This document shows, in pieces, positions 31,697 to 44,364 of a DNA stretch of 64,000 bases. The DNA comes from an uncultured delta proteobacterium (GTDB lineage Bacteria; Desulfobacterota; Binatia; UBA9968). How positions within the stretch are numbered: position 1 is the first letter of the stretch; every line of letters begins with the position of its first letter. The DNA lies in NCBI GenBank assembly GCA_963847445.1, contig CAWJZV010000024.1:96001-160000 (forward strand), given 5' to 3'. A program made the translations under genes and the position numbers. The notes beneath the pieces are model-generated. The model was not told the origin of the DNA. It worked only from the letters and a program-made list of their open reading frames with translations, and ran no database searches.

Positions 31697-33937
31697 TCAC
31701 GCCTTCCCGTGCAGCGCCGCATAGACTTTTTCCGCCGTCACCGGTGTGTCGAATATCCGCACGCCGCAGGCATCCTGCACGGCGTTGGCAATCGCCGCCG
31801 GCGGCGTCACGTTGGCGTGTTCGCCGATCCCCTTCGCTTCGTAGGGCCCGGGGCCGTTTTTGCCTTTGACCAGCACGGTTTTGAATTTCGGAATATCGAG
31901 AATATTGGGAATCTTGTACTCACCCAAGTTGGTGGTCGTCACCTTGCCTTGATCGTGGGTGAGCTCCTCCATCAGGCCGCTGCCGATCGCCATGATCGCC
32001 TCGCCGTCGATCTGTCCCTGATGACCTAGTGGATTGATGATCGTGCCGACATCGTGGGCGCTGACAAAATTAGTCAGCTTCACCCGGCCGGTGTCGCGAT
32101 CGACTTCGACCTCAGCCACTTGAGCGATGAACGAAGTCGACGAGCCTTTGCGCGGCACTTCGGTTTCGACACTGACGGCTATCGGCGCGTCCGTCGAATT
32201 CACCACCTCACTCAATGTCAACAACTTGCGTTTACTACCCTTGCTGGAAAACTGGCCCGACTTGTAAACCACCTGATCTTCCGCGCAGCCGAGCAACTGC
32301 GCCGCCTGCGCGTTGAGTTTCTTGCGCAATTCAGCCGACGCTTGAAACGCCGCCGCGCTGTTAATATTGGTCGAGCGGCTGCCGCCGAAACCGACATCGA
32401 CGCTGTAGGAAACATCCGCGGTGTTGCCGATGCGGCAGCGCACCTGTTCGTACGGCACTTGCATCTCCGCTGCGACCGTCTGGCAAAGCACGGTCTGCAA
32501 TCCGGTGCCCTGATCGCCGGCAACGGTGAACACGGTTAAGCTGCCATCGAGCTCAGCCGTTAGGTTGACCCACACTTTGCCCGCGCCGGTGCCGCGCTCG
32601 TACATGGCCACGCCGCGGCCGACGTTGGCGCGCTTGGGCGATTGCCAGCCGGCGGCGTCGAGCGCAGCTTTCAAGGTTTCCTTAGCTTTTACACCGCTCC
32701 AAGATTTGCCCAAGGCATTCTCTTCGCCTTCGCCGACCAGATTCATCATGCGGAACTTGGCCGGGTCCATTTTCAATTCTTTGGCGATCAGGTCCATATG
32801 CGACTCAGAGGCGAACACTGCTTGAATCGCCCCCGGCGCGCGCCAGAAACCGCAGGGCACGGTATTGGTGTAAACCTGCAACGCTTCCATGTAGCTGTTA
32901 TCGATCTTGTACGGCGTCGCCGAGCCGGCGCCGCCGATGCTGGCGCGTCCCGGTTTCATGCCGGCGTAGGCGCCGGTGCCGTGGATCGCTTGCAGATAAC
33001 GCGCGGTCATTCGGCCATCGCGCTTGACGCCGGTTTTGACTTTCACCACCGTGTAGTGATCGGGATTCATCGCCGTCAGTTCTTCGCTGTGAGTGAGCAC
33101 GATCTTCACCGGCCGCTTGGCCTGTTTGGCGAGAAAATAGCAGATCGGCAGTTCGCCGGCGCCGCTCTTGCCGCCGAAGTCGGCGCCGACATGAACCGCT
33201 TGCAGGTGAATCTGTTTCGGCGCGATGCCCACGGCCTTGGCGAACTGCCCGCGCGAGCCGAACGGACCCTTGGTCGAAGCCCACGCATTGACGGTGCCGT
33301 CGTCATCGATCTTGACGAGAAAAGACTGCGGCTCGAGATAGCCTTGATGATGGATCGGCATGCGAAAGGTATGCTCCAAAACCAGATCGGCTTCGGCGAA
33401 ACCTTTTTCGATATCGCCTTTGCCGAAGGTCAGCTTGTTGAGCACGTTGCCGCCCGCCGGCGCCATGATCTCCGCCGGCGCGCCGTCGTAAGCGGGCGCG
33501 TTGTCGTGCAAAACCGGCGCGCCCGGTTGCATCGCTTCGAGCACGTCGAACACCGCCGGCAACTCTTCATATTCGACGTCGATTAAATTAACCGCCTCCT
33601 CGGCGGCATCGCGGCTCTCCGCCGCCACAGCCGCGACTTTGTCGCCGATGTAGCGCACTTTGTCCCAGCACAAAACTGGAATATCGCGAATGCTCTTGCC
33701 CTGATAATGCTCCGGCTCGTCTTTGCCGGTGACGATCGCCTTGACACCCGGCACTTTCCACGCCCTTGAAGTATCGATGCTCTTGATCCGCGCATGAGGA
33801 TAGGGACTGCGCAAAATCTTCGCCCACAAAGCATCGTCGAAGTGCACATCCGCCCCATAAATCGCTGTCCCATTAACCTTTTCCGCCCCCTCAACCCGCC
33901 CGACGGAAGCGCCAATGATCGAAGTTGGTTTTGTCAT
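31697..33937 (-). CDS. Xanthine dehydrogenase family molybdopterin-binding subunit
   Basis: 746 aa intact; HQGYLEP, GADFGGK, DQGTG, GGSRS, GQIDG, AKGIGE. Confidence 0.92.
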   Translation of the reverse strand: MTKPTSIIGASVGRVEGAEKVNGTAIYGADVHFDDALWAKILRSPYPHARIKSIDTSRAWKVPGVKAIVTGKDEPEHYQGKSIRDIPVLCWDKVRYIGDKVAAVAAESRDAAEEAVNLIDVEYEELPAVFDVLEAMQPGAPVLHDNAPAYDGAPAEIMAPAGGNVLNKLTFGKGDIEKGFAEADLVLEHTFRMPIHHQGYLEPQSFLVKIDDDGTVNAWASTKGPFGSRGQFAKAVGIAPKQIHLQAVHVGADFGGKSGAGELPICYFLAKQAKRPVKIVLTHSEELTAMNPDHYTVVKVKTGVKRDGRMTARYLQAIHGTGAYAGMKPGRASIGGAGSATPYKIDNSYMEALQVYTNTVPCGFWRAPGAIQAVFASESHMDLIAKELKMDPAKFRMMNLVGEGEENALGKSWSGVKAKETLKAALDAAGWQSPKRANVGRGVAMYERGTGAGKVWVNLTAELDGSLTVFTVAGDQGTGLQTVLCQTVAAEMQVPYEQVRCRIGNTADVSYSVDVGFGGSRSTNINSAAAFQASAELRKKLNAQAAQLLGCAEDQVVYKSGQFSSKGSKRKLLTLSEVVNSTDAPIAVSVETEVPRKGSSTSFIAQVAEVEVDRDTGRVKLTNFVSAHDVGTIINPLGHQGQIDGEAIMAIGSGLMEELTHDQGKVTTTNLGEYKIPNILDIPKFKTVLVKGKNGPGPYEAKGIGEHANVTPPAAIANAVQDACGVRIFDTPVTAEKVYAALHGKA

Positions 33938-34431
33938 GTTAGACTCTCCTAGTGATGATCGAAGCTGTGCGGAATATAGCGTTAATCGCTCCCGGCGGGC
34001 AATAGAAACATGCCGCGGGATGGCAAACCTGAAATTTCATCTGGACGAAGCTGAGAAATTGGCGCTTGGCTCGGTTTAGTGGCTAGCCAATTTGCTCCGG
34101 AGGAAAATCTCTCCAACAGGTCGCCGAAGCGGCGCGCAATACTAGGAAAACAGCTTAGCGCTCCAAAGTTCGTCGAAGAAATGCGCTGCCGACATGATTT
34201 TGGTGCCAGTCGTCGCCACGCCGTGGCAACTTTTCGCCGTAAACAACGATCCGTCTCTTCAGCCCAACCTCTTCTGCGAAATTCGGCTACTGAGATGCTG
34301 AATTTTCAGGATATTCGGCAACTCAGTCGCCGATTTGCATAATACTGGCCTCGCCGCCGTCATTTTCGCTAGCGGTTCCAGTTTGATATCTTGTTCCAAA
34401 GCGCCTAGTCAAGATTGCGTAATATCTAACC

Positions 34432-35022
34432 GTGAACCCTGCACACTCGCCGCACTGCCGCGCCTGTAAAGAGCGTATCCGCGATTTATTGAGCGCGAGC
34501 TTCGGCGGCTGCCGCATTAACCATCAGTTCCCTTGGTCGTCCTACCCGGAAGACTACGTAAACAAACAAATCGGCAATCCCCTGGAGCGAATCCGCCGCG
34601 CCCTTGGCGACCTGCGCGGCCATCGCGACTTCATCAAGAGCGCACAGATGCCGCCTTGTGACTACTTCATTCCCGACCCGCCTTTTATCGTAGAATTTGA
34701 CGAGAACCAACATTTTTCTCGCGCGCGTCTCGTCACCCTAGCCAATTATCCGGCGAACGCCGTTATCGGCTTTCCAATCTCGCGTTGGCGCGAGCTCTGC
34801 CGTGCGATCGACGCAAAAGATGACGAGCCTTTTGACCGCGACGAACGGCGCGCATGGTACGACACGCTGCGGGATTTGCTTCCAAGCGTGCACGGATTTG
34901 GCCCAACGGTTCGGCTTTACGCTGAAGAATTCCCATGGTGTACGCTCGACCCCGCTTCGGCGCAGGGAGTGGAAAACTTTCGGATACTGCTCCGTCACCG
35001 GCTTCCGGATGGAATCCGTTAG
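34432..35022 (+). CDS. Hypothetical protein, possible Vsr/PD-(D/E)XK-like nuclease fold
   Basis: CDYFIP..FIVEFDENQHF and RAWYDTLRD motifs; N-terminal H..HC..C. Confidence 0.5.
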   Translation: MNPAHSPHCRACKERIRDLLSASFGGCRINHQFPWSSYPEDYVNKQIGNPLERIRRALGDLRGHRDFIKSAQMPPCDYFIPDPPFIVEFDENQHFSRARLVTLANYPANAVIGFPISRWRELCRAIDAKDDEPFDRDERRAWYDTLRDLLPSVHGFGPTVRLYAEEFPWCTLDPASAQGVENFRILLRHRLPDGIR

Positions 35023-35155
35023 CGCAGCGGCGACCGGCCGGTCGCCCCTGACATTACGGCGCATCGCGGCAATTAACCGGGTTAGACAAAGCGTACCGGA
35101 ATTATTCAACAAAATCAGGAAGAGCCGTCGACGATATCCAAGCAGCCGCCTGCCG

Positions 35156-35186
35156 GCGAAGACTTTCTCCGTTTCATTCGTATTAT
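35156..35186 (+). promoter_or_regulatory. Putative ECF-sigma promoter (autoregulatory copy)
   Basis: GCGAAGACT-N9-TCATTCGTATTAT; matches the copy at 36661. Confidence 0.7.
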
Positions 35187-35285
35187 GGGTTAACGGAGCA
35201 TTCTATCGAACGCTTTGGCTCCCGGGACGGATGATTGTATGATCGAAACGTTGCACCACGCATCTAAGGTTGATCCAACGACACT

Positions 35286-35840
35286 ATGGCGACAGCTTGG
35301 CCCGATAAAGAAGACAATGAACTGCTCGCGTTGGTTCAGGAGGGCAGCCATCCGGCTTTTGCCGAGCTGGTTCAGCGCCACACCGAGCGCTTTTATCGCC
35401 TGGCATTTCGTTATCTGCAAAATAAACAGGCGGCCGAGGACGCGGTCCAGGACGCGTTTCTAAAGTTATGGGAAGATCCGAAAAAATGGCAGGCCGACAA
35501 GAACTCGAAGTTTACGACCTGGTTTTATCGCGTCGTGGTGAATCTATGTCTCGATTGGCAGAAACGAAAACGGCCGGTGGCGTTAAACGAAGAAATGCCG
35601 CTGATCGACGACCGGGAGAGCGCCGATCAAGCCGTGATGCGCCACGAAGAACAGAAAATGTTGGAGCAGGCGATCGCAGCCCTGCCGGAGCGCCAGCGCA
35701 GCGCCATCAATCTCTGCTTCGACGCAGGCTTGAGCAATCAGGATGCCGCCGACGCCATGGGCGTGAATTTGAAAGCATTGCAGTCGCTGATCATGCGCGC
35801 CAAGACGACGCTGAAAGAACGCATGAAGAATTATCTGTGA
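35286..35840 (+). CDS. ECF RNA polymerase sigma factor
   Basis: AEDAVQDAFLKLW, KFTTWFYRVVVNLCLD (region 2); LPERQR...GLSNQDAA (region 4). Confidence 0.92.
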   Translation: MATAWPDKEDNELLALVQEGSHPAFAELVQRHTERFYRLAFRYLQNKQAAEDAVQDAFLKLWEDPKKWQADKNSKFTTWFYRVVVNLCLDWQKRKRPVALNEEMPLIDDRESADQAVMRHEEQKMLEQAIAALPERQRSAINLCFDAGLSNQDAADAMGVNLKALQSLIMRAKTTLKERMKNYL

Positions 35841-35847
35841 GGGTTTT

Positions 35848-36161
35848 ATGACTGAGAACGAAGACGAAAAATTGGCCAGATTGCTGCACTCGCGACCCAT
35901 CGAACCTGCCAGCCATGATCTGGCGGCTCGAATCATTCTAAAGGCCCAGAGCTTGCCGCAGCTGCAAAATGTTTCGCTCTGGCAAGCGGTGCGCCAATTG
36001 TTCGCCGAATTTCATCTGCCGAAACCGGGTTATGTGCTCGCCAGCGCACTGGTTTTGGGAATGGTGCTGGGCTTCGCACGGCGCCGGAAAATGGCCAGCT
36101 CAGCGACGCTAGCACCGCGAGCGCGCAGAGTTACATCGCCGGTGACGAGGAGTTGTTATGA
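35848..36161 (+). CDS. Putative single-pass membrane anti-sigma factor, frameshift near 36080
   Basis: Follows sigma gene; DLAARI segment, one TM helix; shifted frame ends YIAGDEELL* overlapping the next ATG. Confidence 0.6.
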
Positions 36162-36595
36162 GCCAGAAGACTAAACTGGCGTTTATCGCGTCGATCGTTG
36201 TCAATGTGCTTTTGCTCGGCTTCTTGGTCGGCCAGTCGCCGCGCCGCTTCGATCGCAGCGCCCTGCGCGAAAAGCGCATGGAGCAGGCGATCAAAGACCT
36301 GCCCGCGGCGTCGCAGTCCCGCTTGCGCGACAGATTTCTGCAACTCCGCGCCACCGCCGAGCCGCTATTCGGTCAAATGCGCCAGGTCCAGGATGAATCG
36401 GTGCGGCTCTTAGCCGTCGAACCCTTCGACGAAGCCGCCTTCGACGGGCAGCAAGCCAAGATCAACAAACTGCGCGCCGACACGACAAAAAAACTATCCG
36501 ATGCGGTCAAGAACGCGGTCAAAGATCTGACGCCGGAGGAACGGCGCCGCTTTGCCGAACTGTTGCGCCGCCCGCCGCCACCGGGTGAATCATAG
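36158..36595 (+). CDS. Periplasmic heavy-metal sensor (CnrX/ZraP/Spy-like)
   Basis: ASIVVNVLLLG anchor, helical body, EPFDEA and LTPEERR motifs. Confidence 0.75.
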   Translation: MSQKTKLAFIASIVVNVLLLGFLVGQSPRRFDRSALREKRMEQAIKDLPAASQSRLRDRFLQLRATAEPLFGQMRQVQDESVRLLAVEPFDEAAFDGQQAKINKLRADTTKKLSDAVKNAVKDLTPEERRRFAELLRRPPPPGES

Positions 36596-36621
36596 AATTC
36601 CTCACAAAAACGCACCACTCC

Positions 36622-36652
36622 AAGAGCGCCGGCCGTACCGGCGCTTTTTTTT
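36622..36652 (+). terminator. Intrinsic terminator
   Basis: agcgccgg-ccgta-ccggcgct followed by a T run. Confidence 0.8.
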
Positions 36653-36660
36653 CGCCCGCC

Positions 36661-36691
36661 GCGAAGACTCCCGCCGGGTCACTCGTATCAT
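36661..36691 (+). promoter_or_regulatory. Putative ECF-sigma promoter upstream of macA
   Basis: GCGAAGACT-N9-TCACTCGTATCAT directly after the terminator. Confidence 0.7.
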
Positions 36692-36727
36692 CAGGTAACA
36701 ACGGATTAGAAGAGAGGGCAAAACTCT

Positions 36728-37938
36728 ATGAATTGGCTATCCAAAACCCGGCGCAACAAGATCATCGCCGGCTTCACCGTAGTCGCGCTCACCGCCGGCG
36801 GCTGGTATTGGTATGCCAGCACGGCGCAAAGCTCCCAGGGCGAGGCCATTCAGCCGATCGCCGTGAGCCGCGGTAACATTGAAGAAGTCGTTACTTCACA
36901 GGGCAAGCTCGAAGCCAAGCAGTACGTTGATGTCGGTACCCAGGTTTCCGGCCAATTGAAAGCAATCCACGTTGACATCGGCGATACCGTAACCAAGGGC
37001 CAACTACTCGCCGAGATCGACCCGCGAGTTTATCAGGCCCAGGTGGAAGCGGGAGAAGCGAAGCTTAACAGTCTGCGCGCCCAGCTAAACCAGCAGAAGG
37101 CCGAGGCGGTTCTGGCCGAACAGAATCTCAAGCGCAATCAAAATCTGATCGCCGTCAATGCCGTAAGCCAGCAGGCTCTTCAGGAGACCGAATCCCAGTC
37201 GGCAGTGGCCAAAGCTCAAGTGGAATCAATCATCGCGCAAATACAGGAAACCGAGTCCAATCTGAAAGCGAGCCGGACCAATCTCGGTTACACAAAAATC
37301 TTCGCGCCGATGGCCGGCACCGTGACGACTTTGCCGACCAAGGAAGGTCAAACATTGAACGCCAATCAGACCGCGCCGACGGTTTTGCAGATTGCCAGTC
37401 TCGACATCATGACCGTGCGCGCCCAAGTCGCCGAGGCGGATGTCAGCCGCATTAAACCCAATATGCCCGCCTATTTCACCACCCTCGGCAACAGCGAGCG
37501 GCGCTGGCCCGGGACAGTGCGGCAGATCCTGCCGACGCCGCAGATCGTCAACGATGTGGTGCTCTACGATGTCTTGATCGACGTAAAAAACCAAGGCCGC
37601 CGCCTGATGACCAGCATGACGACCCAGGTTTTTTTCATTCTCGGCAAGACGGAAAACGCCTTGATCGTGCCCGCTGAGGTGCTCACCCGCCGGGTGGCGC
37701 GGGAAGACAGCGAAAAAGGCAAAGCCTTTCGCGTCGCAGTGATCACGGCAACGGGCCGCGAACAGCGCGTCATTCACGTCGGCTTGCAAAGCCGCACCCA
37801 GGCAGAAGTCGTCGACGGACTCAAAGAGGGTGAAAAAATCGCAGTGAATCGTCCCGCCGGCAGCGCCAACCAGGCCGGCAACCAGCAGCGTCCCGCCGGC
37901 GCCGGCAACGCACCGCGCATGAACCGAGGTCCGCAGCT

Positions 37939-37942
<4 letters not shown>
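36728..37942 (+). CDS. macA: MacA-type periplasmic adaptor
   Basis: [43 protein letters not shown]. Confidence 0.85.
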
Positions 37943-39880
<1,938 letters not shown>

Positions 39881-39888
39881 GGTGCTCT

Positions 39889-41235
39889 ATGCGTAAATAT
39901 CTGTTGAACGGTACAGTCGCCCTCTCATTGGCGTTGTCGGCATGCAGTCTCGCGCCGCAATACGAGCGACCGCAGATGGCTCTGCCCAACGGTTGGAGCA
40001 ACGTCGCCGGCGTCGGCAACGCGCAGTTGAATCCGACCACGGCCTTCTGGCAGGAGCTCGGCAGCACAGATCTCAACCATTTGATCGACAATGCGCTGGC
40101 ACAGAATCTTGATCTTGAAGCCGCGCTCCATCGCATCGAGCAGGCGCGCGCCCAGGCGAAGAGCGGCGCCGCGCCGCTCTATCCGACGATCACTGCCAGC
40201 GGCAGCGCATCGCAGACTTTTCAAGATGCGAAAAACACCCAGTCGGCGCGCGGCGGCGGCAGCATCAGCTATGAAGTCGATCTGTGGGGAAAGAATCGCA
40301 ACGCGGCCAAGTCCGCCGACTATCGGGCCAACGCAAGCGAGTTCGATCGCGAGGCGCTGCGCCTGGTCGTAACCGCGGATGCGACGAATTTTTACGCCGA
40401 GATTTTGAGCCTCAACGACCGCATTCGCATCGCCGAGTTCAATCTCAAAAACGCCGAAGAGGTTTTGCGTATCATCGAAGCGCGCTTCGGCCAGGGCGGC
40501 GTCTCGGGTCTGGAAGTGTCCCAACAGCGCGTCGCCGTGAACAATCTCCGCACCGTGATGGCATCGCTCTTCGAACAGCGCAGCACGACTGCGAACGCCC
40601 TGGCGATTCTGCTCGGGCTGGCGCCGCAGAATTTTTCCGCGCCGACCGCTGAGCTGGCGACACTCACCATGCCGCCGGTAAATCTGACGCCGCCGGCAAA
40701 TCTGTTGACCGCCCGGCCCGACATCGAGAGCGCGGAAGCCGGCCTGCTCGCGGCCAATGCCGATATCGGCGTGGCGCGAGCGGCTTTCTTCCCGTCGCTG
40801 ACCCTGGGTTTGGATACGGCTATCGCCGCCGGCTTCGGCGGCCCTGCAGCAGCGGCAACGTCCGTCGCATCGAGCTTGCTCGCGCCGATCTTCACCGGCG
40901 GCCGGCTCACCGGCAATCTGGAGAGCGTCACCGCGCGCCAGAAGGAGCTCGCGGTGCAGTATCGCCAGACCGTGCTGGTGGCATTTCAAGAAGTCGAAGA
41001 CGCCCTCGCCGCGCTTAAAGGTAACAACGACCGCGCCGCGCTGGCGCGCGCCACCGTCGCCGAATCGCAGAACGCCTACGATATCGCCAAAGCGCGCTTC
41101 GACGCCGGTGCCATCGATTTCCTGACCCTGCTCGAAACCCAGCGCAGTTGGTACCAGGCACAGGACAACCAGATATCGATAAACCAGGGTCAGCTCTTCG
41201 CCTTCGTCCAGTTACGCAAAGCGATGGGCTCGTGA
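39889..41235 (+). CDS. NodT/OprM-family outer membrane efflux lipoprotein
   Basis: Lipobox LSAC; YEVDLWG, RPDI..AE..L.AANADIGVARAAFFP, AFQEVEDAL. Confidence 0.88.
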   Translation: MRKYLLNGTVALSLALSACSLAPQYERPQMALPNGWSNVAGVGNAQLNPTTAFWQELGSTDLNHLIDNALAQNLDLEAALHRIEQARAQAKSGAAPLYPTITASGSASQTFQDAKNTQSARGGGSISYEVDLWGKNRNAAKSADYRANASEFDREALRLVVTADATNFYAEILSLNDRIRIAEFNLKNAEEVLRIIEARFGQGGVSGLEVSQQRVAVNNLRTVMASLFEQRSTTANALAILLGLAPQNFSAPTAELATLTMPPVNLTPPANLLTARPDIESAEAGLLAANADIGVARAAFFPSLTLGLDTAIAAGFGGPAAAATSVASSLLAPIFTGGRLTGNLESVTARQKELAVQYRQTVLVAFQEVEDALAALKGNNDRAALARATVAESQNAYDIAKARFDAGAIDFLTLLETQRSWYQAQDNQISINQGQLFAFVQLRKAMGS

Positions 41236-41431
41236 AAATGACCAAATCAATGACCCGGTCTCGGCCGAGCTAATGAACACTCGCATGGCCGAGATTGAAA
41301 CTGATCCCATGCAAATTTCAGCTTGTGACACTCCTAGCCCGTTGAGTAATCGAATGGCACTGTCATCCGCCTGCTAAGGGCTAGTTATTTCTCTTGCAAG
41401 TCGCGGCTCGATGATTATCTTGTAGGTTACG

Positions 41432-42553
41432 ATGGCGGACCTTGATTATTATAAGACTCTCGGCGTCGAACACGGCGCCTCGAAGGACGACGTGCGCAAA
41501 GCCTATCGCAAACTTGCGCGCAAGTATCATCCCGACCTTAATCCCGGCAATAAAGAGGCAGAAAGCAAATTTAAATCCCTCTCGGTTGCCTACGACGTCC
41601 TGAGCGACGAGAAAAAACGCAAGCTTTACGACGAATTCGGCGAGGCCGGACTGGCCGCCGGCTTCGATGCCGAGAAGGCGCGTACCTACGAGCAATGGCG
41701 CCAGCAGTCAGCGCATGGCGGCGGCACACAGGCCTTCGACACGGACGACTTGGGCGATCTTTTCGGCGGCCTTGGCGGCATGTTCCGGCGCGGCCCGCGG
41801 ACGCAAGCCGGACCACAGCGCGGCGGCGATATTGAATCGAGCATGGAAATCGATTTCCTCGACGCTGTGCGCGGCTTTCAAACCGCCATCACACTCGACC
41901 GGCCAGTGTCCTGCGATACATGTCGCGGCTCGGGCACGAAAGCCGGAACAGTGCCGACCAATTGTCCCCAATGCGCCGGCAGCGGCAGCGTATCCATCGC
42001 CCAAGGGCCGCTGCAGTTTCGCCAGGCCTGCCCCCGCTGTTCGGGCAGCGGAAAGTTGCCCGGTGAGCCATGCACCGCCTGCGACGGCAGCGGTCGCGTC
42101 ATGCGCGCGGAAACGATTCGAGTCAACATTCCACCCGGCGCCGATCCCGGCAAGCGCATCCGTTTGCGGGGAAAGGGCGAAGCGGGATTGCGCGGTGGAC
42201 CGGCGGGAGATCTCTTTATAACGCCGCGTATCCGGCCTCATCCGATACTCACCCGCTCCGGTCGAGACTTGTCCATGGACTTGCCGATCACCGTCGGCGA
42301 AGCGCTGCGCGGCGCCAGCGTCGAGGTGCCGACGCCCAGTGGAGCGATCATGGTAAAAATTTCTCTGGGTGCTCAGAGCGGCCAACAGTTACGCATCAAA
42401 GGCAAAGGAGTTCCCGCCCACGGGCAAACTCCAGCCGGAGATTTATATCTGCGGCTGATGGTGCGCGTGCCTAAGGAAGATGTTGCTCAAGAAGTGATCG
42501 ACAAGATCGACCAAGCCTACGGCGAAAGCGTGCGTCAAAACATTCGGCTGTAA
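41432..42553 (+). CDS. dnaJ: DnaJ chaperone
   Basis: J domain with HPD, G/F region, four CxxCxGxG repeats, C-terminal domain. Confidence 0.9.
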   Translation: MADLDYYKTLGVEHGASKDDVRKAYRKLARKYHPDLNPGNKEAESKFKSLSVAYDVLSDEKKRKLYDEFGEAGLAAGFDAEKARTYEQWRQQSAHGGGTQAFDTDDLGDLFGGLGGMFRRGPRTQAGPQRGGDIESSMEIDFLDAVRGFQTAITLDRPVSCDTCRGSGTKAGTVPTNCPQCAGSGSVSIAQGPLQFRQACPRCSGSGKLPGEPCTACDGSGRVMRAETIRVNIPPGADPGKRIRLRGKGEAGLRGGPAGDLFITPRIRPHPILTRSGRDLSMDLPITVGEALRGASVEVPTPSGAIMVKISLGAQSGQQLRIKGKGVPAHGQTPAGDLYLRLMVRVPKEDVAQEVIDKIDQAYGESVRQNIRL

Positions 42554-42567
42554 CCGAGGAATAAAAA

Positions 42568-42861
42568 ATGCCGCGAAAATATTTGCGCATTACCGAAGTG
42601 ACGAAAGTCTGCGGCGTTAACGTGAAGTTCGTCAAACGCCTGGAACAGGAACAGGTCATCTCGCCGGTCGTCCGCGGTAACGAAAAATTCTATCCCCTCG
42701 ATCAAGTCGACCGTGTCCGCGTCGCCCATCTGCTCATCGAAGAAATGGGCGTAAACTTAGAAGGCGCCGAAGTCGCGCTAAATATGCGCGAGCAAATGAT
42801 CGCCATGCAGCGCCAGTTCAATGAAATCCTTCGGCTGCTCGGCCGCGAGTTGCGAAAATAG
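42568..42861 (+). CDS. MerR-like HTH protein (CbpM/HspR family)
   Basis: L..EMGVNLEGAEVALNMR motif; position downstream of dnaJ. Confidence 0.75.
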   Translation: MPRKYLRITEVTKVCGVNVKFVKRLEQEQVISPVVRGNEKFYPLDQVDRVRVAHLLIEEMGVNLEGAEVALNMREQMIAMQRQFNEILRLLGRELRK

Positions 42862-43031
42862 CCGCATCGATTGACCGGCCTCGGGGAATCACTCGCTGCT
42901 TGCCGCTTCCGCCTGAATGACCGCGATGCGGTTGACTTAGGCGCACTCGGTTGATTACTGTTCGGAAGGGTCAGGGCTTCAAGCCGACGCGTGCTCATGG
43001 ACCGTAGAAACTAGCGACGAAAGGTAACTAG

Positions 43032-44327
43032 GTGAAAAGAGTCCTAGCGATGATTTTAGGCGGCGGGGTCGGCACCCGGCTCTACCCTTTAACCAAACTG
43101 CGCGCCAAGCCGGCGGTCCCGCTTGGCGCCAAGTATCGCTTGATCGATATTCCGATCAGTAATTGCATCAACTCCGATCTCCAGCGAATTTACGTATTGA
43201 CGCAATTTAATTCCGCGTCGCTCAACCGGCATATTTCCCGCACTTACGCCGCTTTAGGGGCGGGCTTCTCCCAAGGATTCGTCGAAGTGCTGGCGGCGCA
43301 GCAAACTCCCGAAAGTCCGAATTGGTTTGAAGGAACGGCCGACGCGGTGCGCAAGTATATCCGGCTCTTCGCGGAATGGGATGTCGATCAGTATCTGATT
43401 TTGTCCGGCGATCACTTGTACCGGATGAATTATGCTGACTTCATTGAGCGCCACCGCGAGACCAAGGCTGACATCACCCTCTCGGTGGTGCCGGTGGATC
43501 AGAGCCGGGCTTCCGAGTTCGGTTTGATGGCGATCGACGGCCATGGACGGGTGCGCGCGTTCAGCGAAAAACCCAAAGGCGACGCTCTGAAAGCGATGGC
43601 CGTGGACACGACGGTGCTCGGCCTATCGAAAGAAAAGGCAAAAGAGCTGCCTTATATCGCCTCCATGGGCATCTACGTTTTCGACAAGCAGGTGCTGCTC
43701 GATCTGCTTGAAAAAAACCCGAGTCACACCGATTTCGGCAAGGAAATCATTCCAGCGGCGGCTGCGCATAACCGAGTTCAAGCTTACTTGTTTAAGGACT
43801 ACTGGGAGGATATCGGCACCATCGAATCTTTCTACCAGGCCAATTTGGCGCTCACGGAGCAGCCGGTTCCTTCCTTCAGCTTTTACGATGAGAAAGCGCC
43901 GATTTACACCCGCTCGCGCTACTTGCCACCGACCAAGTTGCTCGACTCCCATGTCATCGAATCCATGGTCGGCGAAGGCTGCATACTCAAGGAATGTACC
44001 GTGAAGCGCTCGGTCATCGGTATTCGCTCGCGCATCGAAACCGGCTGCGTGATCGATAATGCATTGCTAATGGGCGCGGATTATTACGAGTCGCCGGCGG
44101 AACGGCAGCAAGTCCTCGACAGCGGCAAAGTTCCCCTGGGCGTCGGCGCCAACACCACCATCCAGCGGGCCATCGTCGACAAAAACGCCCGTATCGGCCG
44201 CAACGTGCAAATTGTCAATCAAGATAAGATTCAGGAATCGACTCGGGAGGAGCTCGGATTTGTCATCCGCAATGGCATCGTCGTCATCATCAAGAATGCG
44301 ACGATTCCTGATGGAATGGTGGTCTAA
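43032..44327 (+). CDS. glgC: Glucose-1-phosphate adenylyltransferase, cyanobacterial/plant type
   Basis: [54 protein letters not shown]. Confidence 0.95.
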   Translation: MKRVLAMILGGGVGTRLYPLTKLRAKPAVPLGAKYRLIDIPISNCINSDLQRIYVLTQFNSASLNRHISRTYAALGAGFSQGFVEVLAAQQTPESPNWFEGTADAVRKYIRLFAEWDVDQYLILSGDHLYRMNYADFIERHRETKADITLSVVPVDQSRASEFGLMAIDGHGRVRAFSEKPKGDALKAMAVDTTVLGLSKEKAKELPYIASMGIYVFDKQVLLDLLEKNPSHTDFGKEIIPAAAAHNRVQAYLFKDYWEDIGTIESFYQANLALTEQPVPSFSFYDEKAPIYTRSRYLPPTKLLDSHVIESMVGEGCILKECTVKRSVIGIRSRIETGCVIDNALLMGADYYESPAERQQVLDSGKVPLGVGANTTIQRAIVDKNARIGRNVQIVNQDKIQESTREELGFVIRNGIVVIIKNATIPDGMVV

Positions 44328-44364
44328 CGATAAGCGTTTTTGGTATTCTCCAAGGATCGACCCG

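Noticed and set aside
30620-32029. Long plus-strand ORF of 469 aa, and similar antisense ORFs elsewhere
   Set aside because: Shadows of GC-rich genes on the opposite strand with no recognisable motifs
7078-33937. Aerobic CO dehydrogenase CoxL
   Set aside because: Neither paralog has AYXCSFR (form I) or AYXGAGR (form II), and coxM/coxS are absent
41334-41384. CIRCE or HAIR heat-shock operator upstream of dnaJ
   Set aside because: Only half-matches (TGGCACT...TGCTAA, TTGAGT) with wrong spacing; the CTAGCCC/GGGCTAG inverted pair is too short to interpret
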